Of a stretch of DNA of 64,000 bases, positions 55,135 to 64,000 are shown in pieces (positions within the stretch are counted from its first letter, which is position 1; the number at the start of each line of letters is the position of its first letter). The notes beneath the pieces are model-generated. The model saw only the letters and a program-made list of their open reading frames with translations, searched no databases and was not told the origin of the DNA. This DNA is from an uncultured Verrucomicrobiae bacterium (GTDB taxonomy: Bacteria > Verrucomicrobiota > Verrucomicrobiia > Palsa-1439), in NCBI GenBank assembly GCA_963812605.1, contig CAWEWF010000004.1:192001-256000 (forward strand), given 5' to 3'. The position numbers were made by a program, and so were the translations under genes.

Positions 55135-55200
55135 GATTGCCTCCGGCGCACTGTAGCAGAATTTTTGCGTCTTTTCGCAAGAATTTCGCGGCTGGGGACG

Positions 55201-55261
55201 TTGACTTTTTGGGAGGCGCTCCCTATATTGACTGCGGAAACAGGACAAACTTACTCCGATT
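55201..55261 (+). promoter_or_regulatory. sigma70 promoter and possible Rrf2 auto-operator
   Basis: TTGACT-N17-TATATT (55201-55229), followed by the imperfect dyad AGGACAAACTTACTCCGAT. Confidence 0.55.
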
Positions 55262-55266
55262 CAATC

Positions 55267-55809
55267 ATGCAAGTCACACGAGCAGGCGAATACGCGGTAA
55301 TCGGGCTGTTGTATCTGGCCAAACAACCTCCCCATCGCATGGTCATGATTGATGAAATCAGCGAGGCGGAGGATATCCCGAAAAGTTTCCTGGCGAAGAT
55401 TTTCCAGTCGCTCGCCAAAAGCGGCTTTGTCAGTTCTCACCGCGGCGCGGGCGGTGGATTCAGCCTGGCCAAACCGGCGAGGGAAATTACGTTGTTGCAG
55501 GTGCTGCAATGCGTCGAGGGGGTTTTCGCACTCCAGAAATGCGTGGCGGAAGAGCCCGAGTGCGTGGTCTCGAATACCCGGATGAGCACGTGCACGCTCT
55601 GCGCCGTGTTCAGCGAAGCGCAGAACCGCGTCAACGAAGTGTTCGCCCGCACGACCATGGCCGATCTTCTCCAACCCAAATCGCACCCCGCTCCGCCCGT
55701 CAAAGCGGCGGTCGGTGAACTGAGGCGTCATGTTTGGCAAAGTCCAGCATCCCCTCACCGAGGAGCAGGTCCGCGAAGTCCTCAAGCAGGTGAAATTCCC
55801 CGGCTTTAG
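55267..55809 (+). CDS. Rrf2 family regulator (3' end may really stop near 55723)
   Basis: IPKSFLAKIFQSL, SHRGAGGGFSLA, Cys cluster C-x6-C-x9-C; the long overlap with mrp suggests a further indel. Confidence 0.88.
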   Translation: MQVTRAGEYAVIGLLYLAKQPPHRMVMIDEISEAEDIPKSFLAKIFQSLAKSGFVSSHRGAGGGFSLAKPAREITLLQVLQCVEGVFALQKCVAEEPECVVSNTRMSTCTLCAVFSEAQNRVNEVFARTTMADLLQPKSHPAPPVKAAVGELRRHVWQSPASPHRGAGPRSPQAGEIPRL

Positions 55810-56818
55810 CCGCGACATCCTCAGCTTCGGCATCGTCAAATCGATCACCATCACCGAGGCGAACGACGTGGCCCTCGCGCTGCACGTGATGACGCGGGAT
55901 CCCGCCGTTCCCCAGCAGATCCAACGCGACGTGGAAACCGCGCTCAAGCAATGCGCCGGTATCGGTCGCGTGTCAATTGACATGACCGCGCAGCAGCCGC
56001 CGCAACAAGGCCAGGTTCCAATGGCCGGGGGTGGCGCCGCACCCGCGCGACCGCAGATCCTGGGAGTGAAGCACATCGTGGCTGTCGGCAGCGGCAAGGG
56101 TGGCGTCGGCAAATCCACCGTGGCGGTGAACCTCGCGTGCGCGCTCAACGGGCTCGGCCAGAAGATTGGCGTGATGGACGCGGACATTTACGGGCCCAGC
56201 GTGCCGAAGATGATGGGCGCGATGCAGCGCCCGACGATGAGCGGGGAGAAGCTCGATCCCGTCGAGAATTTCGGGCTGAAGATGATGAGCATGGCGTTTC
56301 TGCTGGATGGCAATTCCCCCGTCATCTGGCGCGGCCCGATGATCATGAAGGCGATCCAGCAGTTCAGCCACGCCGTTAATTGGGGCGAACTGGACGTGTT
56401 GGTGGTGGACCTGCCCCCAGGCACGGGCGACGCGCAGCTTTCGCTCGCCCAAACCATCGCGCTCGATGGCGGCGTCATCGTGACCACGCCGCAGGATGTG
56501 GCGCTCGAGGTCGCGCGGCGTGGCATCGCGATGTTCGAGAAGGTCAACGTGAAGATTCTCGGCATCATCGAGAACATGAGTTACTACGTCTGCCCGCATT
56601 GCGGCGAGCACGACGACATTTTTGGGCACGGCGGCGGCCAACGGGAGGCGGAGCGAATCGGCGTGCCGTTTCTCGGCGAGGTCCCACTCTTCGCCGGCAT
56701 CCGGATTTGCGGTGACAAGGGACTCCCCATCGTGGTCGCTGAACCGAAGAGCAAACCGGCCCAGGCCTTTGTAAGTTGCGCGGAATCGGTAATGGGCCAA
56801 CTCGCGAAAGCGTCATGA
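55730..56818 (+). CDS. apbC: Mrp/ApbC/NBP35 Fe-S carrier ATPase
   Basis: GKGGVGKST, DADIYGPS, WRGP, DLPPGTGD, ENMS...CPHC. Confidence 0.93.
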   Translation: MFGKVQHPLTEEQVREVLKQVKFPGFSRDILSFGIVKSITITEANDVALALHVMTRDPAVPQQIQRDVETALKQCAGIGRVSIDMTAQQPPQQGQVPMAGGGAAPARPQILGVKHIVAVGSGKGGVGKSTVAVNLACALNGLGQKIGVMDADIYGPSVPKMMGAMQRPTMSGEKLDPVENFGLKMMSMAFLLDGNSPVIWRGPMIMKAIQQFSHAVNWGELDVLVVDLPPGTGDAQLSLAQTIALDGGVIVTTPQDVALEVARRGIAMFEKVNVKILGIIENMSYYVCPHCGEHDDIFGHGGGQREAERIGVPFLGEVPLFAGIRICGDKGLPIVVAEPKSKPAQAFVSCAESVMGQLAKAS

Positions 56819-57135
56819 GCCTCACCGAGCAGCAGGTTTTCACGAAACTCAAGGAATGTTACGATCCCGAACTCCCTTGCAACATCGTTGACCTGGGCCT
56901 CGTTTATAACGTTCGCTTGGAACCCGTCGCCGGGGCCGGCGACACGCGTATCGACATCCGAATGACACTGACATCGCCAAGCTGCCCGCTCTCGGCCCAA
57001 ATCTCCGCCCAGGTCCAGCGCAAGCTCCTCGAATTGCCCGGCGTCGGCGAAGCCAACGTCGAAGTCGTCTTCGACCCGCCGTGGAGTTTCGGGAAAATCT
57101 CGCCCGACGGTAAAAAACTCCTCAGCCTGCCATAA
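56815..57135 (+). CDS. DUF59/SufT-like Fe-S assembly factor
   Basis: YDPEL..NIVDLGLVY, MTLTSPSCP, VFDPPW. Confidence 0.9.
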   Translation: MSLTEQQVFTKLKECYDPELPCNIVDLGLVYNVRLEPVAGAGDTRIDIRMTLTSPSCPLSAQISAQVQRKLLELPGVGEANVEVVFDPPWSFGKISPDGKKLLSLP

Positions 57136-57492
57136 GTCGGGCGATTCCGTTGGAGATTTCTCCTCTGCCCCCTGCCGTCTTTGCCCGTTGCTTTCTGGGT
57201 TCCGTGCCGTTATTGTCACCTGCGATTCGTCATGTCGGCTGGAGCAAATACTTGGACCAGACGAAGAAATACGCCGCGCTGATCCGCGTGCCAGGTAACA
57301 TCGATCTGCATCGCGCGTTCGAAGACCAGACCTTGGAGGGCTATTTCTTCGCTGCCGTGGCTGCGGCGGGATCGTTTGCACGCCGGAGCGGGTGCTCATC
57401 CTGATCGCGCCGGAATAAACGCGGACAAACCGATCCTACCGGCTTTTGAACCGGCAAACACATTCACCACAGAACGATAACGCGACAGCATT

Positions 57493-58890
57493 ATGAAACT
57501 GACATTCTTCGGCGCGACGCGCACCGTCACCGGCTCGAAATACGTCCTGCAAGCCAACGGCAAAAACATCCTCATCGAATGCGGCCTGTACCAGGGACAC
57601 ACCGCCGAGTGGGTCGAACGGAATACTCATCTGCCATTCGACAGCTCCAAGATCGACGTGATGCTCCTGAGCCACGCGCATATCGATCATACCGGGCTCA
57701 TTCCCGTGCTGGGCCGGAGCGGTTTTCGCGGCAGGATTTTCTGCACCGACGCGACGGCGGACCTCTGCCGCGTGATGTTGATGGACAGCGCGCACATCCA
57801 GGAACAGGACGCGATATATCTCACGAAGAAAAACGCGAAAAAGGGCCTCCCGCCCGTCGAGCCGTTGTACACGCAGGCCGACACGCAGGCGGTCCTCGGA
57901 CAGTTTCAGTCCGTCAGTTCCTACAATCAACCCACGGTCGTGACGGAGGGCGTAACAGCCACCTGGCTGGATGCCGGCCACATGCTGGGGTCGGCCATGA
58001 TCGTGATCGATATCGTGGAAGGCGGCCGCAAAGTCCGGCTCGCGTTCACCGGCGATCTGGGGCGCGGCAACAGCGATATGTTGCGCAATCCCGATCATCC
58101 GCAGAACGCCGATTACCTGCTGACCGAAAGCACGTACGGCGACCGCGTGCATGAACCGCTCGCTGACGTCAATGACCGCGTCTGCGCCATCATCAAACGG
58201 GCGGTGGAGAAGAACGGCAAGATCGTCATTCCTTCGTTCGCTGTTGGGCGCACGCAACAGTTGCTCTATACGGTCTTTCAACTCGTGAAGAGCCACTGCA
58301 TCCCCGTGTTGCCGGTTTATGTGGATAGTCCGCTGTCACTCCAAGCGACGGAAGTGTTCAAGCGCCATCTGGAAGGGCTCAACCAGAATTTCCACGACCT
58401 CATGATGAACGACCAGAATCCGTTCAACACTCCGAACATCACGTATGTCCAGAGCGTTGACGAATCGAAAGCGATCAACGATTTCAAGAAGCCCTGCATT
58501 ATTATCAGCGCCTCCGGCATGGCCGAGGCCGGGCGCATCCGCCACCACATCAAGAACAACATCGAGAGTGACTGCAACACCATCCTGATTGTCGGCTGGT
58601 GCGCGCCGCACACGCTGGGCGCGCAACTCGCATCGGGCCACAAAGAGGTCAGCATTTTTGGCGATCCGTACAAGGTGCGCGCAACGGTCGAGACGATCGA
58701 TGCGTTCTCCGGGCACGCCGATAAGAATGAGCTGCGCGCCTGGGCCGAACAGGTAACGGGCCCGCTACGCGGCATCTTCGTGATTCACGGCGAAGAACCA
58801 CAGGCGCTGGCTTTCGCCGAAACGCTGCGCGGTTTATATCCGCAGGCCAACGTGCGCGCGCCGCAGTTCGCCGAGTCTGCGGAGCTTTAA
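57493..58890 (+). CDS. MBL-fold beta-CASP ribonuclease
   Basis: VTGS, SHAHIDH, AGHMLGS, ESTYG, FAVGRTQ, SASGM, FSGHAD, HGE. Confidence 0.93.
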   Translation: MKLTFFGATRTVTGSKYVLQANGKNILIECGLYQGHTAEWVERNTHLPFDSSKIDVMLLSHAHIDHTGLIPVLGRSGFRGRIFCTDATADLCRVMLMDSAHIQEQDAIYLTKKNAKKGLPPVEPLYTQADTQAVLGQFQSVSSYNQPTVVTEGVTATWLDAGHMLGSAMIVIDIVEGGRKVRLAFTGDLGRGNSDMLRNPDHPQNADYLLTESTYGDRVHEPLADVNDRVCAIIKRAVEKNGKIVIPSFAVGRTQQLLYTVFQLVKSHCIPVLPVYVDSPLSLQATEVFKRHLEGLNQNFHDLMMNDQNPFNTPNITYVQSVDESKAINDFKKPCIIISASGMAEAGRIRHHIKNNIESDCNTILIVGWCAPHTLGAQLASGHKEVSIFGDPYKVRATVETIDAFSGHADKNELRAWAEQVTGPLRGIFVIHGEEPQALAFAETLRGLYPQANVRAPQFAESAEL

Positions 58891-58902
58891 GGCCATTGGT
58901 GC

Positions 58903-58934
58903 AAAAAAAGAACCCCGCTCCAGGCGGGGTTCTT
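58903..58934 (-). terminator. Intrinsic terminator of the HU gene (possibly bidirectional)
   Basis: AAGAACCCCGC-loop-GCGGGGTTCTT with an A7 tract on the + strand (U-tract on -). Confidence 0.85.
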
Positions 58935-58960
58935 GTGAATCCAGGACCGTTGAACCTGGC

Positions 58961-59236
58961 TTACAGGCTCTCTTTAAGTCCCTGGCCCGCGCTAAAACGC
59001 ACGGTTTTGGAAGCTTTGATCTGAATCGACTCGCCGGTCTTGGGATTGCGGCCCATGCGCGCGGCGCGCTTGCTCACGCGGAACGTGCCGAAACCGACGA
59101 TCTGCACCGACCCGCCGGTTTGCACGCCTCTGCGGATGGAGCGCAACACAGCGTCCAGCGACCGCTCGGCCGCGGCCTTGCTAAATTCCTTCCCCAACTC
59201 TTTTTGCACAACATCAACCAACTGGGCTTTATTCAT
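58961..59236 (-). CDS. hup: HU DNA-binding protein
   Basis: MNKAQLVD, GFGTF, GRNPKTGE. Confidence 0.95.
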   Translation of the reverse strand: MNKAQLVDVVQKELGKEFSKAAAERSLDAVLRSIRRGVQTGGSVQIVGFGTFRVSKRAARMGRNPKTGESIQIKASKTVRFSAGQGLKESL

Positions 59237-59417
59237 GTCTTCTCCTTGCGCGAAATACTTTGGTTACCGTTCGAATCCCTAATCCCAACCCCCAACCGTC
59301 AGGCTTCTTGTGCCATAATCAGCCCGCAGCGTCAATCAAAATCACGCTTGCAGTTGAGATTGGTAACCGGCGATACAACGCGCCAACGTCCCGGGGAACG
59401 CCATCCGTTTCGAGAAA

Positions 59418-59744
59418 TCAGTCCTCCTGCTGCACGGCGGCCACGACCGCCCACGCCAGGGAAGCCGTCACGGAGAGCACCAGCAACCACGGTAAAAGCA
59501 CCTGGGAATTGAGTGACAGCAGAGCGGATACGTCGGGAGGAGACAGGCTCTCCCACGGCAGCCAGCGCATGGCCAGCGCGGAACCGATGGCCGTGATCAC
59601 CAGCAAAATCATGGGATGCAGCCGGGTACGACGGCGTTGCGGAAGGGCGGCAAGCACGCGTCCCGTGAAACCATCATCATCGATATGGGCATTCTGCTCG
59701 ACCAACAGCGCATCGAGCGGATCTTTGTCTTCAGGTCGATTCAT
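59418..59744 (-). CDS. Putative membrane anti-sigma factor
   Basis: IDDDGFTGRVLAALP followed by two TM segments; overlaps the ECF gene. Confidence 0.7.
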   Translation of the reverse strand: MNRPEDKDPLDALLVEQNAHIDDDGFTGRVLAALPQRRRTRLHPMILLVITAIGSALAMRWLPWESLSPPDVSALLSLNSQVLLPWLLVLSVTASLAWAVVAAVQQED

Positions 59745-60282
59745 AATCCTGGTAGCCGATCAATCGGCGTCTCAATTTCTCTTTCCCACGCAGCACATGG
59801 GTCTTCACCGTGCCGAGCGGACAATCCAAAACTTGCGCCGCCTCTTCGTGCGATAAACCGTTTTGACAGCACAACACGATTGCCGCCCGCTCGCTGGAAT
59901 GTAGCTGTTTTAACGCTTCGGTCAAGTCCAGGCGCAAATCGCCGCGGGGATCCGCGGTGGATTTCATCACGTCGGCCAGCGGTTCTTCCACGTCTTCCAA
60001 CGCCAGCTCTTTTCTCTGCCGCGCCACGGTGCGAAACTCGTTGTAGGCGATGCCGAATAACCATGTCGAGAATCGTGCGCTGCCGCGATACGTTCCCAAT
60101 TTGCGCCAGGCCTTCACAAATGTTTCCTGCGCCAGGTCATCCGCCAGATGCGCGTCACCGCGCGCCAACCGCGCCAGGAACGCGCGCACCGGCGATTGGT
60201 AGCGACGCACCAGCTCGCCGAAGGCGTGCTGGTCTTCGCGCGACAGGACACGGGCGATGAGATCGGCATCGGTGAAGGACAC
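59731..60282 (-). CDS. ECF sigma factor
   Basis: AFGELVRRYQ, ADDLAQETF, FSTWLFGIA, PLGTVKTHV.RG. Confidence 0.92.
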   Translation of the reverse strand: MSFTDADLIARVLSREDQHAFGELVRRYQSPVRAFLARLARGDAHLADDLAQETFVKAWRKLGTYRGSARFSTWLFGIAYNEFRTVARQRKELALEDVEEPLADVMKSTADPRGDLRLDLTEALKQLHSSERAAIVLCCQNGLSHEEAAQVLDCPLGTVKTHVLRGKEKLRRRLIGYQDYEST

Positions 60283-60285
60283 GCG

Positions 60286-60948
60286 TTATCGGGGTGGTTG
60301 ACCGTTGTTCGGATTCTTTCCTTCCACAAGCCAGACGATCAAGAACGCCACGCCGATAAACAGCACGATCCATCCAGCCCGGCTGTCTCCATGCGTGCCG
60401 CCGATCAGCAAAGCCGTACCAGTGCCCGCTAAAACCAGTCCGGGCAAAAGTCGGCTGCGTGTCCGGTTGCCAGTCGAACAGCCACTGCGCTTGCTCCTAA
60501 TCTCGGCGACTAATTCAGGAGTAATGGGCACACCCTTCTCAATCATCGCTCGCAACGTTTCATGCGCCATCTTGTTGCGGCGATGATTGAAATAGAAAAC
60601 GATGGCGACTAACGCCACGGGCAACCCAAAACTGGCAAAAATGGCAACGACGGCTTTGACCGTGGCTGCCCACGGGAAACCGTGTTCTCCGTCACCTCCG
60701 TACCCGGGCACGTTGATATCCACGGGATTCGCGCCGCCGACGTGGACGCCCGTTTCGTCAATCCGCACCGGCGGATGATCGGCGCTGGATCCGTTGGCAC
60801 TTCCCTCCGCAGTGGGAGGATTGGTCGCCGCCACCGCACTACCCGGTATATCTTCGGCGTACACGCTTACCGCCGCCCACGTGCGTACCAGCAATAGGGC
60901 GCCCAACATCATAATCACCGCGATGAATCTCTTGCATGTATTTGTCAT
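60286..60948 (-). CDS. DUF6249-like membrane protein
   Basis: Signal peptide, TM, HETLRAMIEKGVPI, two more TMs; first gene of the ECF operon. Confidence 0.75.
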   Translation of the reverse strand: MTNTCKRFIAVIMMLGALLLVRTWAAVSVYAEDIPGSAVAATNPPTAEGSANGSSADHPPVRIDETGVHVGGANPVDINVPGYGGDGEHGFPWAATVKAVVAIFASFGLPVALVAIVFYFNHRRNKMAHETLRAMIEKGVPITPELVAEIRSKRSGCSTGNRTRSRLLPGLVLAGTGTALLIGGTHGDSRAGWIVLFIGVAFLIVWLVEGKNPNNGQPPR

Positions 60949-60974
60949 AAGTTTTTCCCCTCGTTCACAAGTGG

Positions 60975-61001
60975 GACGCGCCGAACCAGCCGTTTGGATT
61001 C
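60975..61001 (-). promoter_or_regulatory. Putative ECF-dependent promoter
   Basis: GAATCC-N17-CGTC upstream of the DUF6249-ECF operon. Confidence 0.5.
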
Positions 61002-61113
61002 AGAAATCGCACAACTCCTCTCCCGACAGGGATGGCCATTTTCGATCACAGCCTGCCCATGCTGCGGCCCCACCTTACCATAGCCGGCGATACCGGTCGA
61101 TTGAACCGTCGTT

Positions 61114-61310
61114 GGTGGCACAGGCGTCCCTGCCTGTGGAATCATTTCCCTGTGAAATCGTTCCTCTATTGCGTGACGGACTTCTACTTTAAACCCTTTC
61201 GGAACCCGATCGCGCCCATTCCCCGCCTCGTCTGAAATCTCCAATCCCGAAATCTGCAATTCCGTTTTCGTCCGCCGCAAGCCGATTGTAGGGCAGGCGG
61301 CCCGCCTGCC
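61114..61310 (+). repeat. Two co-oriented REP-like hairpins
   Basis: GGTGGCACAGGCGTCCCTGCCTGTG (61114) and GTAGGGCAGGCGGCCCGCCTGCC (61288). Confidence 0.8.
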
Positions 61311-61476
61311 GCCTTCCTCGTTGAACAGCCTCCCGCCTGTTTCTCTCCGACTCTTCACCAATCCCCACCTCAAAGAAATCTGGAATCAGGGCAGCGTCGG
61401 GAGTACGTTATCTCAGTCCGATCATCCGTATGACGCGGAAGACAAAGGCGATCCAGCGATTTGATTGACACGTGAG

Positions 61477-62154
61477 ATGCAACCGGAACTTTCATACTTC
61501 ATTGTGATTGTTGGACTAACTCTTGTCGTTGCAAGCTCACAATTTCCACAGAAGTGGCGTCACTTACGAAAGAAGATATGCTTGAGCCTCTTGGGGTTGT
61601 GCCTATTAAGTGCGGTTCTTTTGTTGTCGGTTAGCCTCCAGAACCGACCCTTTTTCAAAGCCGTTACGTTGGGCGACATAGAACGGGTGAGGGAGTTGCT
61701 TTCCGAAAGGCTGGCGCTGATTCAGGCTAGAACCATTTGGGAGAATGAGACGGCTCTCCATTTAGCGGCAGCTGCCGGGAGGAGTGAGATGGTAGCATTC
61801 CTTCTCCGATCAGGAGCGGATGTGAGTGCAAGAGATGCCTCGGACATTACTCCATTACATGAGGCAGCGTTTTACGGAAACACATCGGTTGCAGAAGTTT
61901 TACTGAAAGCAGGAGCAGATGTGAACGCGATCGGCTACAGGGACAAGGCTACTCCGCTCTGTGTGGCTGCCATTCATGGGAACTTGAGCATGGTCAAGCT
62001 ACTTTTGGCTAATGGAGCCCTCGTGAACGCAGCAAACAAGGATGGAAAGACTCCACTACAGTTGGCGCAGGATGAGCATCACACCGATGTGGCTGCTTTA
62101 TTGACGCCTCCTTCCAGAAGTAAGGACGAGGAAAAGTCTAGCGATCATCACTGA
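61477..62154 (+). CDS. Membrane-anchored ankyrin-repeat protein
   Basis: Two N-terminal TMs; TALHLAA, TPLHEAA, TPLCVAA, TPLQLA. Confidence 0.88.
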   Translation: MQPELSYFIVIVGLTLVVASSQFPQKWRHLRKKICLSLLGLCLLSAVLLLSVSLQNRPFFKAVTLGDIERVRELLSERLALIQARTIWENETALHLAAAAGRSEMVAFLLRSGADVSARDASDITPLHEAAFYGNTSVAEVLLKAGADVNAIGYRDKATPLCVAAIHGNLSMVKLLLANGALVNAANKDGKTPLQLAQDEHHTDVAALLTPPSRSKDEEKSSDHH

Positions 62155-62264
62155 GAAAATTGGATGAATTGGGCGATCGCCGGCATCACCAGCCCGCGCC
62201 CAAACATCCCTCTCCCTCTTGCAGAAAGCTTGAGTCAATTCCTGCTCGGTGTACAATCTCCGAC

Positions 62265-62372
62265 GTGGGGATACGCATCACGATTTTGGGCAGTGGCAGC
62301 GCCGGCAATTGTACCTTGATTGAAACCGACACGACGAAACTCCTCGTCGACGCCGGGCTCAACGTCCTCTGA
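62265..62372 (+). pseudogene. 5' fragment of a YycJ/PhnP-like MBL-fold hydrolase
   Basis: IRITILGSGSAGNCTLIETDTTKLLVDAGL, then stop before the HxHxDH motif. Confidence 0.8.
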
Positions 62373-62377
62373 AAGTT

Positions 62378-64000
62378 TTACACTTCTGCCAGTTCCGGCT
62401 TGTTGCCATCACGGTCGACTGGCTTCAAGGCAACTGCCAGGTCAAGGACCGCACGGACTTTTCGCGCAAGCTGCGACGGCGAAAATGGTTTTTCCAGAAA
62501 GGATAATCCTTCGTCGAGTACACCATGGTGAGCGAGCGCGTCGTTCGTATAACCCGACATGAGCAGCACCTTGGTTTGGGGAAGCTGGCTTTTGATTTGA
62601 TCGCAGAGCTCTTTGCCGCTCATTTGCGGCATGATCACATCCGTGAGCACCAGGTCAAATCCCAAATTCCTTCTAATCAATCCCAGCGCCTCAAAGGCAT
62701 TGTTTGCCTCCTGAACCTGATAGCCGCAATCCCGCAATATAAAGACCGCGAGTTCCCGAACCGCTGAGTCATCCTCCACAACGAGTATCGATTCTGTGCC
62801 CGTGGGCAAAGACTTTGACTCGATGTTTGCCGCAGGCTCCGGTTTCGCGTCGGTGCGCGGCAGGAATATCCGGAAAGTGGTGCCGGAGTTCGGTTCACTG
62901 TATACGCGAATGTCGCCGCCGCTCTGGCAAATAATGCCATAACAAGTCGCCAGGCCCAGGCCGGTGCCTTTGCCCAATCCCTTGGTGGTAAAAAACGGCT
63001 CGAATAAATGCGCCTGGACCTCCTCCGTCATCCCCATGCCGTTATCACTGATGGCGAGCATGACGTATTCACCGATGTCCAATGTGCGATTACGAAAGTT
63101 CGTCTGGTGGTCCAGCGTGGCGTTCGCCGTGCTGATGGTGAGCTTGCCCCCGCGTGGCATGGCGTCGCGCGCGTTGACTGCCAAATTCATGACAACTTGT
63201 TCAATCTGGCCGGGATCGGCTTTCACATGTCCAAGCGCTGCGGTGAAACTGGTGGACAGTTCAACGTCCTCCCCGATCAAGCGTCGCAACATTTTTTCCA
63301 TGCCGCCAACGACTTCGTTGAGTTGCAGCACGCGCGGCTGAAGCACCTGCTTTCGACTGAAGGCCAATAATTGACCGGTCAATGAACTGGCGCGCTCGGA
63401 CGCCTTTAGAATCTCGGCGATGTTCTTCTGCAGTGGACTGGTTTCCTCCATTTTCCGAAGAGACAGCGCGCAGTAACCTCTGATCACTGTGAGCAGATTG
63501 TTGAAATCGTGCGCGACGCCGCCGGCCAATCGACCAACCGCTTCCATTTTCTGGGATTGCTGCAACTGTTCTTCGCTGCGGCGAAGGGCCTCCTCCGCGC
63601 GCTTTGCTTCCGTGATGTCCTGGACCGTTCCGAACATCTTGAGCGGTTCGCCATGAGCGTTCACGAGGATTTCCCCGCGACCTTGCACGACCCGTTCCGT
63701 GCCGTCAGGCAAAACCACCCGGTGGTCACAAACGAACGGTTGGCGGGTTCGCAACGCCTCCGACATGATTTCGTTGACCCGTGCCAGGTCGTCGGGATGC
63801 ACCCGTTCCAGGCAGCTTTCCATCGGAGATCCAGAATCTTCTGGTTCGTATCCGTATAATCGCCGCGTTTCCTCGGACCAAGTGACTTTGTTTTCGGCGA
63901 GGTCCCACTCCCAACTTCCCAGGTGGGCGATCTGCTGCGCTTGTGCTAGCTGGGCCTGGCTGCTCCGAAGATGCGTTTCGGCTTGGCGCCGCTCGATGTT
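62378..64000 (-). CDS. PAS-containing hybrid histidine kinase (CckA-like), 5' end outside the window
   Basis: PAS (GSWEWD, VHPDD), AHDFNNLL, NARDAM, FFTTK..GKGTGLGL, receiver LTDVIMP...KPF. Confidence 0.93.
   Translation of the reverse strand, partial: NIERRQAETHLRSSQAQLAQAQQIAHLGSWEWDLAENKVTWSEETRRLYGYEPEDSGSPMESCLERVHPDDLARVNEIMSEALRTRQPFVCDHRVVLPDGTERVVQGRGEILVNAHGEPLKMFGTVQDITEAKRAEEALRRSEEQLQQSQKMEAVGRLAGGVAHDFNNLLTVIRGYCALSLRKMEETSPLQKNIAEILKASERASSLTGQLLAFSRKQVLQPRVLQLNEVVGGMEKMLRRLIGEDVELSTSFTAALGHVKADPGQIEQVVMNLAVNARDAMPRGGKLTISTANATLDHQTNFRNRTLDIGEYVMLAISDNGMGMTEEVQAHLFEPFFTTKGLGKGTGLGLATCYGIICQSGGDIRVYSEPNSGTTFRIFLPRTDAKPEPAANIESKSLPTGTESILVVEDDSAVRELAVFILRDCGYQVQEANNAFEALGLIRRNLGFDLVLTDVIMPQMSGKELCDQIKSQLPQTKVLLMSGYTNDALAHHGVLDEGLSFLEKPFSPSQLARKVRAVLDLAVALKPVDRDGNKPELAEV

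Noticed and set aside
57150-57404. Small ORF or gene remnant (VGWSKY...DL...QTLEGYFF, faintly DUF4197-like)
   Set aside because: Similarity too weak to support by eye; needs tBLASTn

Overview
GC-rich bacterial chromosome segment, probably Verrucomicrobiota (inferred from protein families and repeat types, not proven). About 50 protein genes: housekeeping and stress genes (M20 dipeptidase, nadE, hsp20-lon, aas, Rrf2-Mrp-DUF59, HU, beta-CASP nuclease, two ECF sigma loci), an alpha-glucan GH31 locus, a PemK/MazF TA pair, a DUF6421-threonine aldolase pair, and a large 7-blade propeller/9xBACON surface protein. It also holds tRNA-Gly(GCC), tRNA-Leu(TAG) and a foreign-looking tRNA-Leu 3' half. About 13 single-base frameshifts break otherwise intact genes and are most likely assembly errors. 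The most unusual signal is non-coding. A module occurs twice in opposite orientations (9943-10328 + and 27847-28450 -): a stack of co-oriented, mutually different GTAG/GTGG REP-like hairpins, then a TATCG-N5-CGATA palindrome, a sigma70 promoter, a boxA-like CAGTTCTTTGA, and CGAAACGAACCCCCA...TGCAA(A)TGGGTT. Each copy sits beside accessory genes (a TPR lipoprotein; a DUF4062/TIR-like plus ORF6C-like pair). One REP copy has also inserted in frame into a protein gene. All family names were recognised by eye from motifs; no database search was run.
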